Shown here: positions 1-15,000 of the stretch, piece after piece
Position numbering within the stretch: the stretch's first letter is position 1
Layout of the letters: the number at the start of each line of letters is the position of its first letter
Source of the DNA: Tubiluchus corallicola
Taxonomy: Eukaryota; Animalia; Priapulida
Direction of reading: 5' to 3'
Length of the DNA: 64,000 nucleotides
Assembly (NCBI GenBank): GCA_030141605.1
Contig: JAQGDQ010000018.1
Coordinates: 682,001-746,000 of the forward strand
Notes under the pieces: generated by a model
What the model was told of the DNA's origin: nothing
The model's database searches: none
Seen by the model: only the letters and a program-made list of their open reading frames with translations
Position numbers and translations under genes: made by a program

Positions 1-1120
1 GTTAAATAAGTCTATTGACGTAAATCGGATATTTATAATGAAAATTTGAAAGAATTTTCACTTCAGAAACCTAATTTTGTGTTTGTGTGGCTAGTTATTT
101 GTAGTTACATGCATTTCACCATTTCTAGACTGGCACTAGTGCTTGCATCTCATGTTGCGCAAAAAATGGGCATTATACTTCTCAGTTGTGATGTAGCACA
201 CATGTTCAAGAGTTGATGCATGAGCAAGCGGGTAGATTTGAAATTTAAACTTTTAAACATAAAATTCACGGAGTTTTTGTGTATAACACTGAATTACTCA
301 CAGTAGTATTGCACTTTAATTTTCATTTTGCATACATGCGCAACATGTTCGTGGCGTGTTTGTGCTGTTGGAAATTATATTCAGTTATGATGTCATCACT
401 AACTGGGCTCACCGGCTCTTAGTTAAACACTTTGACATTATTATAGCTGTTAAAATGTATATTTTTTACCTTACGTCAAAGTGGAGTCATCCTGTTTTCC
501 TTTAATCTTAACCTGATTGAAGCTGACAATACAAGTATGTAAAATGTGGCATCTCAGCTTTGGCAGCCTTTTGCATACTGATTCTAGGTCACAATTTTTT
601 GCAGTTACTTGAGAGTGGTCCGGTACATTGTTACATTGACCACGAGTGAGCTTCGGTTGAAACGTCGAGGTCACTGATCAGTGATGTATTTGATTTTTAG
701 AATTTTGTAATTTGAAAAATGCACATATGGTTCGTCCAAACGAACAACATAGATACTATAAACAGCAGAAATGATATTATATTAGAATTTGACCTTGGTT
801 CTGAGGTCAAACAGATGGCAAAATGAAAAATGACTTGTTGAAGTAAAATTAAAGTTAATTAATATATAATTTGTTGTACTGAAAATGTATAGCAATATCC
901 TTCACTTATGCATTTGACATGCTTGCAGGTTAGTTCCCAGCAATCAAGACATGCTTTGTTAGGAGCAAAAACTATACCTATTTTTTTTTAATTTGAATTT
1001 AAATTAAATGAATTGATTTTGAGTATTGATAATCATTTTTTGAAACCTTTACTGTGTCATATGGTTGATGGTTGCTCGCTTCAGTTTAGGGAAACCAACT
1101 AATATATTTTTTCTTTCTAG

Positions 1121-4100
1121 GGTGTTATGTTTTTCTCGTTTTGCTTGGATAGGAACATAACTGATATGTTTAATCTTTGGACTGAGATATTCAACAGGTG
1201 TAGTAATTTATGACTGACTATATCACTGTAGTCCTTGATCAATTTTCCTTTATGAGTAAAGATTCTGGAATAACTGAAATAGCTAAGTGACGATGGTATG
1301 TGTTGGGCTATTGTATTGTGCAATGCTGGGCCTGGTTTGTAAATGGGTTGATAACCCCTAAAAGAACTGATTATGGCTCAGTGACTTACCCGAGAGGATT
1401 ATCCTTGATGATTAGCAAGATTCTACACCTGCCACAACTGTCAACATTTTTAGGCACTGCATTAAGTGCTAGATTCAAGATTGCAATATGCCTAATTGCA
1501 TATAGAAATTGTGATTTCAGCATTTACTTTTTGTAACTGAACTTCTTTAAAAAAAATTTTATTTTGTTAGTGTGCACCTGTCAGACATGGACCGCCTGAT
1601 GACGCTAATAAGAATGTCTGCTGCAGAACTGGCAATGGAGTTACCTGTCCGAGGACATAGATATGCCATGGGTCATGCAGCAAGTTGTGTCATTCCTGCA
1701 GCTCATTTGAGAGAACAATGTGGTGGCTTAACTCATGTATGCATGTCCATAAATAATTTTCAATCTAAACTTATAAAACGAAAGTAGTAATGTAAATCAT
1801 ATTATTGGAGTCTGAATACAGGTGATTATGCTATGCATATTATCACACTAAGCACATGGAAACATATGACTTGTAAGCTTTTCAATCATGTACTTTCAAT
1901 TATGCTCTTCAATAAAGTTTGACATTATGAGTAACGATTGAACAGAAAAGTAGAGGCCTTGCCTTACCTTAGTGACCTCTATTGAGCAGAGAAGCCAGAG
2001 GGTAGTATTTGTAACAATAAACAATGTATTTGTAACAAAAATGTTTTGTAGGTTCAAATAATGAAAGAAATTGCTGAAATGGAGGATTTATCCCCAGTGT
2101 TAGAAAAATTGAAGTTGATTGCAAACATGGTTTTGAATAAACAACATATGAGGTACATTATACTTCTTTTTTTCTAAAACTGGTAATTAGGACATCTAAA
2201 GATATCAGTTACATTGGTTTTCAATGTGTCAATAAAATACAGAGGTTGCTACTTATCAGAACTTTTTAACCAAAGTAATCTACTATACCAGTTTGAGAAA
2301 AATTTTCTGTAAACACGTGCGATAATAAAATAATAAAAGGTTAACAAATATAAAAAACTATTTTTCTCAACAGTTGGCTGTTTCTGAAAAGCACGGTCCT
2401 TATCTAGTTCAAAATTAAGAACAATTACAATAAAAAATGTGCACCACAAAGCTACAAAATAATGAATAATGAATAATCGTGCTGTGGCACAAAGCCTCAC
2501 TTGCTTAAGCTGCATTTTGCAGCATTGAATTCTTGTCGCCTGATGCAGCTGTGGTTTCCAAGTTATCATTTGCTGGCTGTCAATGTTCCTGGTGGCCGTA
2601 CTGAAAATTTTTCTATCAATTAAGAAGTAGATTAGCTTAAAGCCCACTATTTAACCACGCATTGTCAACTTAATTCGTTTCAAAGTCAGTGTAACTAAAA
2701 CAATTCTCAATTGCTTGCCCAGTATTTTTATTTCATGGCAAGACTAATAAAGAAGTGTGGACTTTTTAGCTAGGTGATTTGCTGCCCTGACTTTCACTCC
2801 TTTTACTTGTGTCAATGCTCCCATGGCTTCAATGAGTCTTGAACTTTTTGCCTGTATTGATGCTATGTAATATGCTATGCTTTTATTGTCTCTTGATGGC
2901 AAAAATGTTGGGTAATTATTGACTTAAAAGAATGTTTGGTTTTAATGTGGCAATCCTTTTTAGTACCTATTAACATCATATACACTTTACTGTATTTTTA
3001 TGTTACATACTGTTGATGCTGATTACAAGCAGTTCTCTCTATTTTGACCTGCTAATGCAGCTCTGCACTGTAATTTTTTTTGCATCTTTTGTATTCTTAG
3101 TAATATTTAATGCATTGCGGCTGCGGTTATGGATTTTGTTAATACTGTCAAATTGTGGTCAGATTAAGATAGAACCACTATTGTTGTATGTAACCTTTCT
3201 TGCTGTGCTGTGGCAATTTACTTTCAAGTTACTGCTCATTTACATTGTTCTGACACATGAATTACATTAAACTTGCCACATGTTCTTTGTTTTAATGAGT
3301 ACCAATGGTTGTAACAAATATCATGTGCATGATTGTTTCATTTTTCTACAGCTTAATAATGTTTTTGATTTCATTTTAACACAGATGTGCAATAAATATG
3401 AGTCCAGAATCTGCAGAAGTCTTGATGAATTCCACAGATAAATTTCTCCAGTCGTTGCAGGAGAATGGCAGACATGAGGGACACATTTTGACAAAAGTAC
3501 ATACATTTTCAGTTTAATTTATTTAATTGGTTAAATTTATGTACTATATATATTATATTACATTTAATATACGTATATTTTACATCTGTTATGTTTGAAA
3601 ACCCCAGATAGTATGGTATGTTAGACAATATGTGTATGTGTATTTCATACAGAATGCTTTACCCTAGTCATTTATTAGTGCCAAAGTAAGCTGCTTATCG
3701 TAAGATGCCAATCACATATTAATGTGCCTAATGATGCTTATGGGAAAATATGTTTTCTGTAATTTGATACGAATTCACTATATACTCTGGCAATTGCGAG
3801 TTTCGGATTTAAGACACTCGGGTATGATAGAGGTCTCGTGTTCAAGCCTGTTTTAAACTACATTGGATGAAAAAGCAATGAATGTTATAAGAGGTGCCTT
3901 GAATAAAGCAATGGTAACACAACATAATGCAGAATAGTAAAAAGACAACTTTTAGTGCATTTTAATATGAATTTATATATTAATATTCAAGGAAATAAAC
4001 AAAGACAGCTTCCACCTTTGTGTTGTGCCTTCTGCAAATTAATAGATCCACATGTAAATAACCACTTCGATCTTTGCTTTTTCTAACATCTTGATAACAG

Positions 4101-6478
4101 TGATCAAGTGAAACACTTCTCTCTACCATTTTCTTTGCAGCAAACTTTTATTAAATTGTCTTGATTGATTTGTTTATTATATTTTTCTTGCTTGACCTAG
4201 GCTATTGGTTACAAGCCACAGTGTGCCATGACTCATTTTGAGCTTCCTTTTCCGGTGAATTTTGTTGGCAAGTGTATACAGACTGTACCCTACTGCCACG
4301 TCGATTCTGCAGCCCTTCAGGTTCTTTCTCGACTTATGCAGTGGAAGTTTTTACATAGGGAAATCAGGTAACCTTAAAAGTGACAGTCGACTGTTCTGTA
4401 AAACAAAATATTGCTCTGCTAGTAAGTTGTCAATACTACTCTGAAAACACTATGGCAAATTTTAGGCATCCTGTGTAGACATAGCATAATACATCTAATT
4501 GCTTAAAGTAATAGTACGTTTCTTATATTGCATTATATTTAGCTGTAAAAAGCATGACTTATAACATGCTTTTCTACCTGAAGTTAAAGTTTATAGACTT
4601 CTGAAAGGAAATATTGCACTTTTGAGTACAATTTTTGCATTAAATTTTATCAACAGAAACTGCATTTTTGGCTTGAAAGTGTGCATTCATAGTTTGTAAT
4701 TATTATTTCAGGGAAAAAGGAGGAGCATATGGGGGAGGAGCATTGCAGGAAGAGAATAGTGCTTTCTTGTTTTATTCCTATAGAGACCCACATTCGTTAG
4801 AAACTGTTCAAAATTTTGATGAATCTGTCAAATGGGCTTGTCAGGGAAATTTTACCGAAAGTGATGTTGACGAAGCCAAGTTGTTTGTATTTCAACAAGT
4901 AAGCTAATTAAACGTAGTCTTTTAAAATCTTAGATTGCTTTCATTTCATTTAAATAAGATATGTATTTCACAAATCTTTTCTTTCTGAAACTTGCTTATG
5001 CATTGTTATTCACTTTTCTCTATTGATGAAATAGATTGACAAGCCGGTGGCGCCTGGTGATAAGGGAATGACGTACTTCATCAAAGGTGTGACAAATGAA
5101 ATGAAGCAAGTTTCCCGGGAGCAACTGTTTGCTGTAAATAAGCAGAAGCTGGTGGATGCTGCAAACAGGTAACTATTTTAGTTGTAGAAACTTTCATCGA
5201 CATTAAAGATTTTATAGTAAATTATACCCTGTTACTCCACGGATAAACAAACAGACATTTTTGTGTTCAAACGAATAGTCTTATGTTCCCAGATAGGCGG
5301 GGTAAAGATAACAAGTAACCTAGAACAAACTGCAATAGTATTTTTCTCTTCAGATTCTGTTTGAACGTTGTCTCAGGTACCCTCAACAAAAAATCGGCTT
5401 TGTTACTTTTGACATATAAATCCAAGATGGCACCTAGTGGGGTCAAAAATCAGTTATGTCTCCTAAACCATCGAGTCTAGATGAAAAATATGTGTTGTCG
5501 ACTGATAGAAAAGTGCACCCACGGATTCCAAAAATTGGGTTGTTTTTCATCTGTGACATCACAATGATGTCACAATACCATTATGACGTAATTAAGAACA
5601 TCACCGCTTCACTGTTGTTGAAAATGGGTCACTGGAATTGATCTTTCAATGTCAGTACTTGCAATAGCATTCAAATCAGTTGCAGATTGACCTAGCGTGT
5701 CATCAGTGTCCATTCCCATTATTTCATTGGCATCTAGATGGTGCCTATGGGGATCAAAAGTTGACTGCTTCTCCTAAACAATTGATCCTAGCCGAGAATG
5801 ATATGATAATGACTGATCGGAAAATGCACCATATGATTCCAAAAATGCTGCCATTTTTCAATTATGACGTCACAATGTCATTGCCAAGTGCAACTAGCAA
5901 AAAGAATGACTTTAACCAAAAAAAGAAGCAGTAGTGCAAGTGTATTATTAAGGTTCTTGTGAGAAAAAAGGCCCGCTGCAGCTACAGTAACGGCTTAGCA
6001 ACTGCTGCATTTCATGTTATTAATTATAGTAGTAATCCTACGTGCAAGTTACAGATTGTGTAGTTACCGATAAACGTTTACTTCATACCATTTTGCAAAA
6101 AATAGGTATTATTTTATCTTCTTGTGCCCACTGGTTCGCAAATGGACATTTAAGTACACTTTTTGCTCTTCTGAACACATACTAACTATTGTATGACTGC
6201 CCAATTATTTCACTGCGGCATTTGAATTCAAAATAAACTCCATTTTCATAAAATCACTGAAAAATGATTTTCGTTAGGCATGTTCCATTTGTTTAGGTGA
6301 TGTTATATAACTGGTTTGGTTTGTTTTTTATTACACAAATAAAATATTAGATAAACGTTCGGCTTATTATTTTAGGTACTTGAGTGCAGGAAAACAACCA
6401 AGTGCCATTTCATTTCTTGGACCAGAGCATCCATTGACTAAAGACAGCCAAGACTGGACTGTAATTAGAGCTGAGTAA
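1121..6478 (+). CDS. PITRM1: Mitochondrial presequence protease (pitrilysin metallopeptidase 1, M16C family); 3' part of a spliced gene whose 5' exons lie outside the window
   Basis: Phase-consistent GT-AG exons 1121-1197, 1571-1736, 2052-2152, 3385-3496, 4201-4367, 4712-4898, 5035-5168, 6376-6478 (TAA). Translation GVMFFSFCLDRNITDMFNLWTEIFN...THFELPFPVNFVGKCIQTVPY...KFLHREIREKGGAYGGGA...FYSYRDPHSLET...DVDEAKL...REQLFAV...YLSAGK...LGPEHPLTKDSQDWTVIRAE* follows the C-terminal half of PreP/PITRM1, including the IREKGGAYG signature. Confidence 0.96.
5425..5880. repeat. Diverged ~150-nt direct repeat (period ~311 nt) within a probable non-autonomous transposon in the last PITRM1 intron
   Basis: 5425 agatggcacctagtggggtcaaaaatcagttatgtctcctaaacc...gactgatagaaaagtgcaccc...attccaaaaat aligns by eye with 5736 agatggtgcctatggggatcaaaagttgactgcttctcctaaaca...gactgatcggaaaatgcacc...attccaaaaat. 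Confidence 0.65.
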
Positions 6479-9015
6479 TTACAATTTGCAATATATATAT
6501 ATTCCTACTTGGGACAGTCAAGAAAATTGTCTCATCAACCATAACTGTCAGAAAAGAAAAATGTCAGACATCACAAAAATGCTCCCAGGTAATTGTAATT
6601 GTGTACGATTATCGTAAAAGTATACTTGAAGTCAGATATGATTATTACAAACAAATCATGTGAATTAAAATCAGTATTATAAAGAATCATGAATTATAGG
6701 TATTTAGAGACGATTTTCTTATGACTTTCAAATTTTTCCTGACAGTCTAGCAATTACCAATACTAATTTCAATTCATAATTTTAATTCATTACCAATTCA
6801 TAATGAAATCTCAATAAATGCAGAATCTGCTGTAGACACAGTATGAATAAATGGGCTTCAACGGCTATTTTTTACCATGTCATTTAATTAGTTGCCTTGT
6901 GAATTTTTATTGCATGCTTAAATTTTATTGCAGTCATTCTTATTGTATACCTGTTTTATAGCACATTTGATGACAATAATTGTCTATTTATGTGCTTTAC
7001 AAATGAACTATCATTATTATCATTTGTCAAGGACAGACCTATTTTTAGGAAGTCTCAACATTAATGATGCATTTTTTATTCTGTGAAAGTTATAGAATTT
7101 TTAAGCACTTAAGCTAGAATGAATACTATAAATTACTATTGTGATTAACTGCATATTTCATTTCACTGTGTTACTAGTAGCACCAGAACAGCCAAATTCC
7201 ACACTGTCATACACGTGTAATTGAAAGACAGAAATGCCATTATATATGTATATTTAAATGAACACATTAAAACATAATGTTTTACATACAATCTATAAAA
7301 ATAAATTTTATTTAAAAATAATTGTACATGTGACATTTAAATTATTGTGCTAAGTGTATTAATACTGTCAACATAATTACTAAAAATACGTAGATTTGTT
7401 TTAATTACAAACTGTACAAGTTAAGTTGCATGAAATATCACAAATGAGAATATGTTAACTTTGCAGTAGTCATTAGAAATGGTGTTAATAATGATTACAA
7501 TAATCAATAAAAGTACTAGCATCTGTGCTTGCCTACTTTCTACACTATACACTAATGAAACACTAAAAATGACAGATATGCCAGAGTCACAAGTTCTAGC
7601 AGTTTCTTCAATTTTGACACTAACCTGCAGTCACAATTTCTCATTTTGTGCTTGGGAACATAAAAAAACATATTTGTTAGTAAATGATATGTGTTAAATG
7701 CATAACTTGGCGAATTTACACATCACAATATTGCAGTGACTGACTGCTATGAATATTGCACAAAACATATTGAAATTTAGACATGTAACAAAATCAAGAT
7801 GAATAAAGATATACACAGTAAAATAAATTTACAATCTTTCTATGCTGAATGTAAGTATAAACTTTCTCTTCTAAATTTTATGTCTCATATATAAATATTT
7901 CTATTGGCCATCAGTTTTAACAAACTTTTTAACAACAATACATTTAACTAATTTCTGAACGAATCCTAATCCATATTATGTCTGCTAACTATATATTTAC
8001 TTTAAACATTAAACTTTTTAACTATGTGTGCTTGCATACTAAAATCATCCATAAGTCAGCATTGTTAAAACTACATTATGATGCTTCAAAGTAGAATTGA
8101 CCCATGTGACCCAGGTCAAATGTCAAGTTTTCATATTTTGTAAAAACCAATGCTAAATCAAAAAATACTAAAAATATAATTTTATAACCCCATACCCACT
8201 TTTCTGACTAGAAACTAGTACAGCAGTTGTAAAAAACTTGTATTTTCAAACTCTGATGTAGCTCGTGGAAACAGTCATTTTTGTTTCCGTTTTTTTCTGT
8301 TGGCAAGCCCAGACCTTCAGTAAGAGCCATCTACTGGATTGAAACATAACTTCAATGTGTTCTTGCAAAGTCCGTAGCAACCAACCTTTTGTACGGTTGC
8401 TAAGTGTTTTGTAGAAACAGGACAAAAAACAATGGCAAAGTTTAACAGCGGTTTTCTCAAGATTGTGTTTTTCAGTGTACAGCTTGCACCTCAATTTCAA
8501 CATGGATTATTTCAGCTTGGAAATAACACTGAGCGATGAACTTGGTATCAGAATGATCCTCAGGAAATGGAGATTCAGGATATGTGAATAACTAGAAATG
8601 CTTAATTGCCGACTTATGGACGATTTTGTTATACCAGCACACATATAGTACATACGATAAAATTGCCAAATTTACAGAACAAAAATAGTAACTATGAATA
8701 GCTGCTATGAATACGAACATTGTTGGTCCGAAGGTAATTAGGGAAGAATTTCAATTAATGAAATGATTTTCAGTTTTTGTAAAAGGTGCAAAAACCACAA
8801 GATGGCAATAGTTATCTACACTACTGAAATAATAATTGCCCTTAGTAACTTACGAGTGGTAAGAAGCACAAAAAAGAGAATAAGGTCACGATGCACAATA
8901 CCCATGCATCATTACATCGCCATTTACTCCAGAAATTGTTGAGACGAGAGTTGGACATATGGTGACTAGCAACATGTTAAACAACTTCTGGTCTGTTATT
9001 ACTTTGCTGTTCACA

Positions 9016-12000
9016 CTACTGCAACGTTCTTTTCAGCATTGTAAATCTGCTGTTGATTTTCTCAAAATCTACAGATGATGCACCAGTTGTGCTCGATGGT
9101 CTTGAGGGGAAAGGTGAGGAAAGTCTAAAATGTAAGATTCATACTAGTTGCACAAGCATGCAATTCAGTAAAAAAACATCTTATGACTGAATGTGATTTA
9201 CAAAGTAAGAATCTTTAATACTGCTCACTAATTACTAATTAGAAAATTAAACCCATCAATCATTTAATTATTGCACCAATTCAAAAAATATGTTTTTTAC
9301 AATCTAACCATTTCACTTAAAATGGTTATAAGGTGTTGGTGGGCAGCATTATTAAGCTACCTGCTAGCTGAATGGATGATAATTCACATTTAGGATGGTC
9401 TTGCATTAACCTGCTAAAATACTCACGGAGTCTGGTCATTGTCCATCTCTCTAGCTCTTTGTACCAACTTCACTAGTAATTTGTTATCAGTCATTTCCTC
9501 TGGAAGCTTTCCATTTAATGTCCGCAAGTTCAAATCAATATACGGAAGGTTCTGTAATAGATGCCCAAATACGTTTAAAAGCTAAATTTTGCTTTATAAG
9601 AAATGCGACACCATTGAATGGCACATAGCATCACAATAATCACTTTTTACAACATCTAACTGTTACATTCTGTCTACATAAATGCAATAATAAATACTAA
9701 AAAGACTTTTCCCTTTTAATATGCATGACTGCACATTTCAAGGAAATAATACATAAAACCTTTCAAACTTACCACAAGATATTCAACTGAACGCTTCCTG
9801 GAATAAAGACATGCCGTGTGGAGTGGAGAAAGTCCTTCAGCATTCTGAATGTTAACGACTGTACCATCAACATCCAGTATAGCTTTTAACATCTGAACAG
9901 AGTCCTTGTTCTCAAACAGTCTATGCAGCAATGTGGAACCATCACGAGGATTTATTGCGCATAAATGTGATACCTTATCTGCGTTAACAATAAAACATAT
10001 TTACGTAAACTGAAACTGAAACTTTCGAAATAAATACCAACTTACAATAACAATACCCCAAAAAAAGAAATAAATTGACGAAGAACATTAATATGTTTTT
10101 GGGTTTAGCGTGGTTAAACAGTGTGCATGTGCTAATGCCAATGTCTCTATTTTTAACACGTATACAACTAGCATCATTAGCAACTACTTTTAAGTTAACC
10201 AAAGCTTCAATTTTACATACTAAACCGTAGCACGTAACAGCACTATGATTGAAATCTCTTTTAAAGTTAATTTCAACTAAATAAATCAAACAGTATCATG
10301 TTTCTCACCTCTGCAAAGTATGTTACTATTTACTTGACCAATGTTTGGAAAGTAACCAGACAATGCAAAATTCCTGCTAGCTGCCACTGTACTTTGACTT
10401 TTGCACACGACATTTTCCTGCACATCGACATCATCAAAGCTATCTTCCAGATAAAACTTGGACAAAGGCTTGGGATTCCACTTCCATGATGCTTCCATTG
10501 TATCATTGCACTCTGGAGTGTATAGTCTGCAATTTTTATCACGTTCGGGAATGTAATCTCTTTTAAAACCATGCAATCTACGCTGGTTATATATTATGCT
10601 GGTTGCAGGTAAAGAAGACAAAAACTTCTTGTTCAATAGCTTCTGCTTATGATTTGTATGCAAATTAGATGCGAAAGTTTTCTTACTATTATCACGGGCC
10701 AGCACACCATCTTGAACAATGGCATCGTTTCCACCTTGTCCAGTATAAGTCTGTACTGTATTTGATTTGCCACTAGTACTTGCTAAATTTATATTTCGTA
10801 ATCCCTGAGTAAGGACTTGCAGTCTTGAAGGAGTAGTACCAGAATATGCTGGTGAGCTAGTCATAAAGTCTTGTCTTACATTAGCTGGTACAGTATTAAA
10901 ACCTGTCCGAATAACTTTGCCCGATTTTGGCATAAGAGGTTCTGCGCACCCAGCACTACACCGCTGAAGACGCTTGTGCGATTTATTCCTTTGGAAATTA
11001 AAAGACATGTGAAATGCAGCTTTGTTTAATGGGCTGGGCGCATTATCAGATGAGGAAATTTCGACTTCAGTAGCAGTGTTTCCACGAATAGCTGAGTGCA
11101 ACCATGATGGATTAGAGTCATCGGCTACAGTTCCAGAATCACTACAAAATGTCTCCCCAGATTCTTCATAAATTGTGCTGTAAAAAACAACTGTGCATAT
11201 TGGACAGAGAATAAACACCATGATAACATACTAAAATAACATACATTTAGTCTTTTACACTGCTAAAAACAATTGGTGTATAGACATCTTAAAAATATGA
11301 ACAAGGCATCAACATACCGTGAGTAATCACTTCCGTCTTCTTCTTGCGTGTGGTATACTGCAGACTCGAGCAAAAACCGCAAAATTTCTATACCAGCAGT
11401 AGCACAGGCTACCATGAGAGGAGTGTCACCCTTGCGGTCCCGCAGATTGTGATCAAACTTGGGCTAAAGCATAAACGTTTAATATTAGATAACACAAATA
11501 AGATAAAACAAAATGCAAAATCGTCACATTTACAAGTTGCGTGCAAACAAATCAATTATATTCCGGAAATAGAAAATAACGTCTAGTCTAATATAGCATA
11601 AAAATGAGGTCACGGGTGACATACCAGCCAAGCATGACGTAGGTTTCTCAGCTCTTGTCTGCCCTCGCGTATACAACCCATTATGAAATCTGTATCCTTT
11701 TTACGGAATGTTTCGATGAGCACTTGAACACCTTGATATTCATCACAAGAGTAAAGGCAGCCTGATCTTGTCAACAGTGCTGTTGTTGCACCAGCAACTA
11801 ACAAAGCTTTTACAATCTTACTGTAACCTGAAAATTAGCAAGCACTTATTTAAACTACAACTAACAAAGCTTTTACAATCTTACTGTAACCTGAAAAATT
11901 AGCAAGCACTTATTTAAACTATAAAAGAAATAACAAAAATAAAGCACCTATCAGGAATAGAAGAAAAATCATATATGGCGCAGTAATGTACAAAATTAAA

Positions 12001-15000
12001 GGCACAAAAAATTGTCTGCAAATCGTTAAAGCTCGCTCGCAATGATCTTAACTTAGCCTTAACGTTACTCAAGTTGCCTTAGCACACAATACCTTTTCAG
12101 CTACTAACGGTGCTAAATGCATAATACCCTTTTCAACTGCTAACCCTGCATAGCACATAATTCCTTTTCAGCTGATAACTTCGCTTAACACACAATACCT
12201 TTTTCAGCTGCCAGCTGCAAGGGGGTTAGCCCTCGCTTGTCATAAGCATTTAAATTTAATTCCTTTCCCTGACCCTGATGGTGTTCCACATGTATCCCCT
12301 TTCGCTTCTCTTTGAACATCAACAAAATGAAACGAACCACTTCCAGATGACCACGGGCACAAGCAACATGTAATGGCGAACAGCGAGTTGTTGGATGCTG
12401 AGATGCTATGTCACCACCTCTCTGCAAATGTACCAAACTATTAGGAAGTACTATAATGCCTATCAAAGAGTAAGCAAAACTATTTACAAATTAGGTACAT
12501 GCTATTAATAATTTAAGTACATACTAAGTAGTTACTATTAGTAAACTATTAATAGGCTAAGTAATACTTATAATAGAATACGTAAAAATATCTGCACTCA
12601 AAGAATTCCGTCACTAGAAGCAAAAAATAGATCCAAACTGCATAGAAAACATAGTAAATAATGGACTACCTCATACAAAAGTTTAACTACTTCTAGGTGA
12701 CCATTTTCTGCAGCAATGTATGCGGGCCAATCATGGACACCATTCTAAAAACACAACGGTATTTCGTAAACGGAAGATCATACAACTACTTTCCAATTCA
12801 ATAACAAAACACCAAATAAACAAAAAAAACTTTCCTTTTAAATGAAGTTACTGATAATAAACTAAAGAATTGTGATTTACCAAAGGGTTAACAATATCTC
12901 CGTCTTCTAAAATGCAGAACAATGATTCAGCGTTTCCATTCATTGAGCAGTGAAACAATACAGGAGTCACAATCTCCACCTGGCGTCTGAAATATAATGA
13001 TTACTCTGTATAACATAGTACTAAAATTATAGTAATTATGGAAGAATCCTGTCTAAGTACAGCATTCTACCATTTTTGGCCAAGCCGCACTCTATTAACT
13101 GTTCACTACTAATGCCACTTTGAAGTTTCTTGGTAAAAAACAGTAAATTTATTAGCCAGTACAAGCCGGTCAGTGAAATAACAAAAGTGTTATAAGTGTA
13201 GTCTGAAAATGAAACAAAATCAAAAACAGGAATATAATTAAATTACCTTTCCATTGCCATGGCTACCATTGCTTGAATTTGAGGATTTTTTGCTTGACTG
13301 AAAGCTCTTTGCAAACCCTAAGAACATTAAATGCTAAATCGATGAAATTCGTTTTTATAGCTACAATATAATGTACAATATACTCATGATGCTGCTTTCC
13401 CTTCGCATACACCTGTCGGGTGTCAAAGAAATCTGAATATCCCGACTGTCGGTCAGCAACAGGTGGTGTTTTTTTTGTAAATGCTTGAAAACCTGTGATT
13501 TTCTGCTAGATTTCAGGCAGAATTGAGTTACTTTGAGCAGCAATATATTTCAGTTGGTACAGTTTAGACTATGCAGACTGTTTTACTTATCTTCGAAATA
13601 TTCTAAGTTCAAAATCGCATGCACCAGGTAAGCACTTTTTTGGCCTCTTTACAGAAGCCACACACTAGTCTCCTCATCACGTCTCTCCAAAGAGTACTTA
13701 GTATTATTTGAGCTGACAGTATTCCTCATACTGAAATTCTACATATGACTAAGACCGTTTGTATAGAGGCAGCCATAATTAGATGTCAACTTTGTTACAT
13801 CGGTCATGTAGTCAGGATGCCTGATAATCGTCCTCCTTGTCGCTGTTTTACGGTGAGCATTCTTGTGGTTATTGTTCACAAGGGGGACAGAAGAAGTGTT
13901 TTAAGGATTACCTTTCTGCTACTCTGAAGAATTGTGAAGTTCATCTAGCAAGACGCTAGTTTCTAGCAGCGGAACGCAATAACCTGCAGCCATCATTATG
14001 TTATGAGAATGTAGAAACTTTTGAATTTAACCTCACGTAAAGAACGTCAACAACGTAGACATGATATGCACGTGTGGTAGCCCAATTTGCATAATGCATT
14101 GTTCCACTGATTTTGGTTTTCAATCACATCAGCATAGCCATCAGTGACAATAACCCAAACTTTCGCTCATTTCTCAATTCTTACTCATAGAAACGATGGA
14201 GTCGTCTTCATTCGAAGAACCCCATTAACTACATAAGTATCGTAACCTTAACTCATTTGACAAAATGCATAAATCTAGCATGAGCATTTTTTGCTGATGA
14301 AATGCACAAATGAAACCAAAATAAAAGGAGTATGTTACCGTAAGGCAACTCTGGAACTGCAGCATCAATTCGACTACTTCTAAATGACTGTTCTCTACAG
14401 CATGATGCAACGGCAAATATCCATCAACGTCAACAATCCGCGGATCAGCTCCATATCTAAAAAATACAGCAATGAAAAAATAGAAGCAAGTTGCTTCCAA
14501 AAAGTTCAATAATCACACCAATAAATCCTACGTAATTTTCTGATGCTTTCAAATAGTAGAATTTCTAAGAATTAAAATGTACTTGATAGTTGTATTTCAG
14601 AAAAAAATCCGAAGAAACTTTCATACACTTATCAAAATAGTAATACCTGAGTAATACTTTAACTGACTCCAAATGACTTTCACTAGCTGCTATTGCTAAA
14701 GCTGTTCGACCAGTCTTTTCATGCTGAGCATTTACGGGGCAACCATCCATTTCCAATAGATACCTTAAATTTCCACACCTAATAATGATAACAATTTAAT
14801 GTGCTGATTTAACCAGAGAGTACCAATAATACACATATTTAATAACATAAACAGCAAAACGAGTAAACCTGAAATGATAATCAGTAAAGGAATAGAACAA
14901 CGTCTAGATTACCAATAATGTATATGCCAATAAAGTGGCATCAGCCTGCATACTAATCATTCTGGTTCATTTAGAAAATAAACACCTAGTGACTTGCTAT

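Noticed and set aside
5456-5934. Two similar short ORFs (SPK...TDRK.H..IPK...FF) suggesting paralogous peptides
   Set aside because: The similarity follows from a diverged DNA repeat in an intronic element. There is no splice or homology support.
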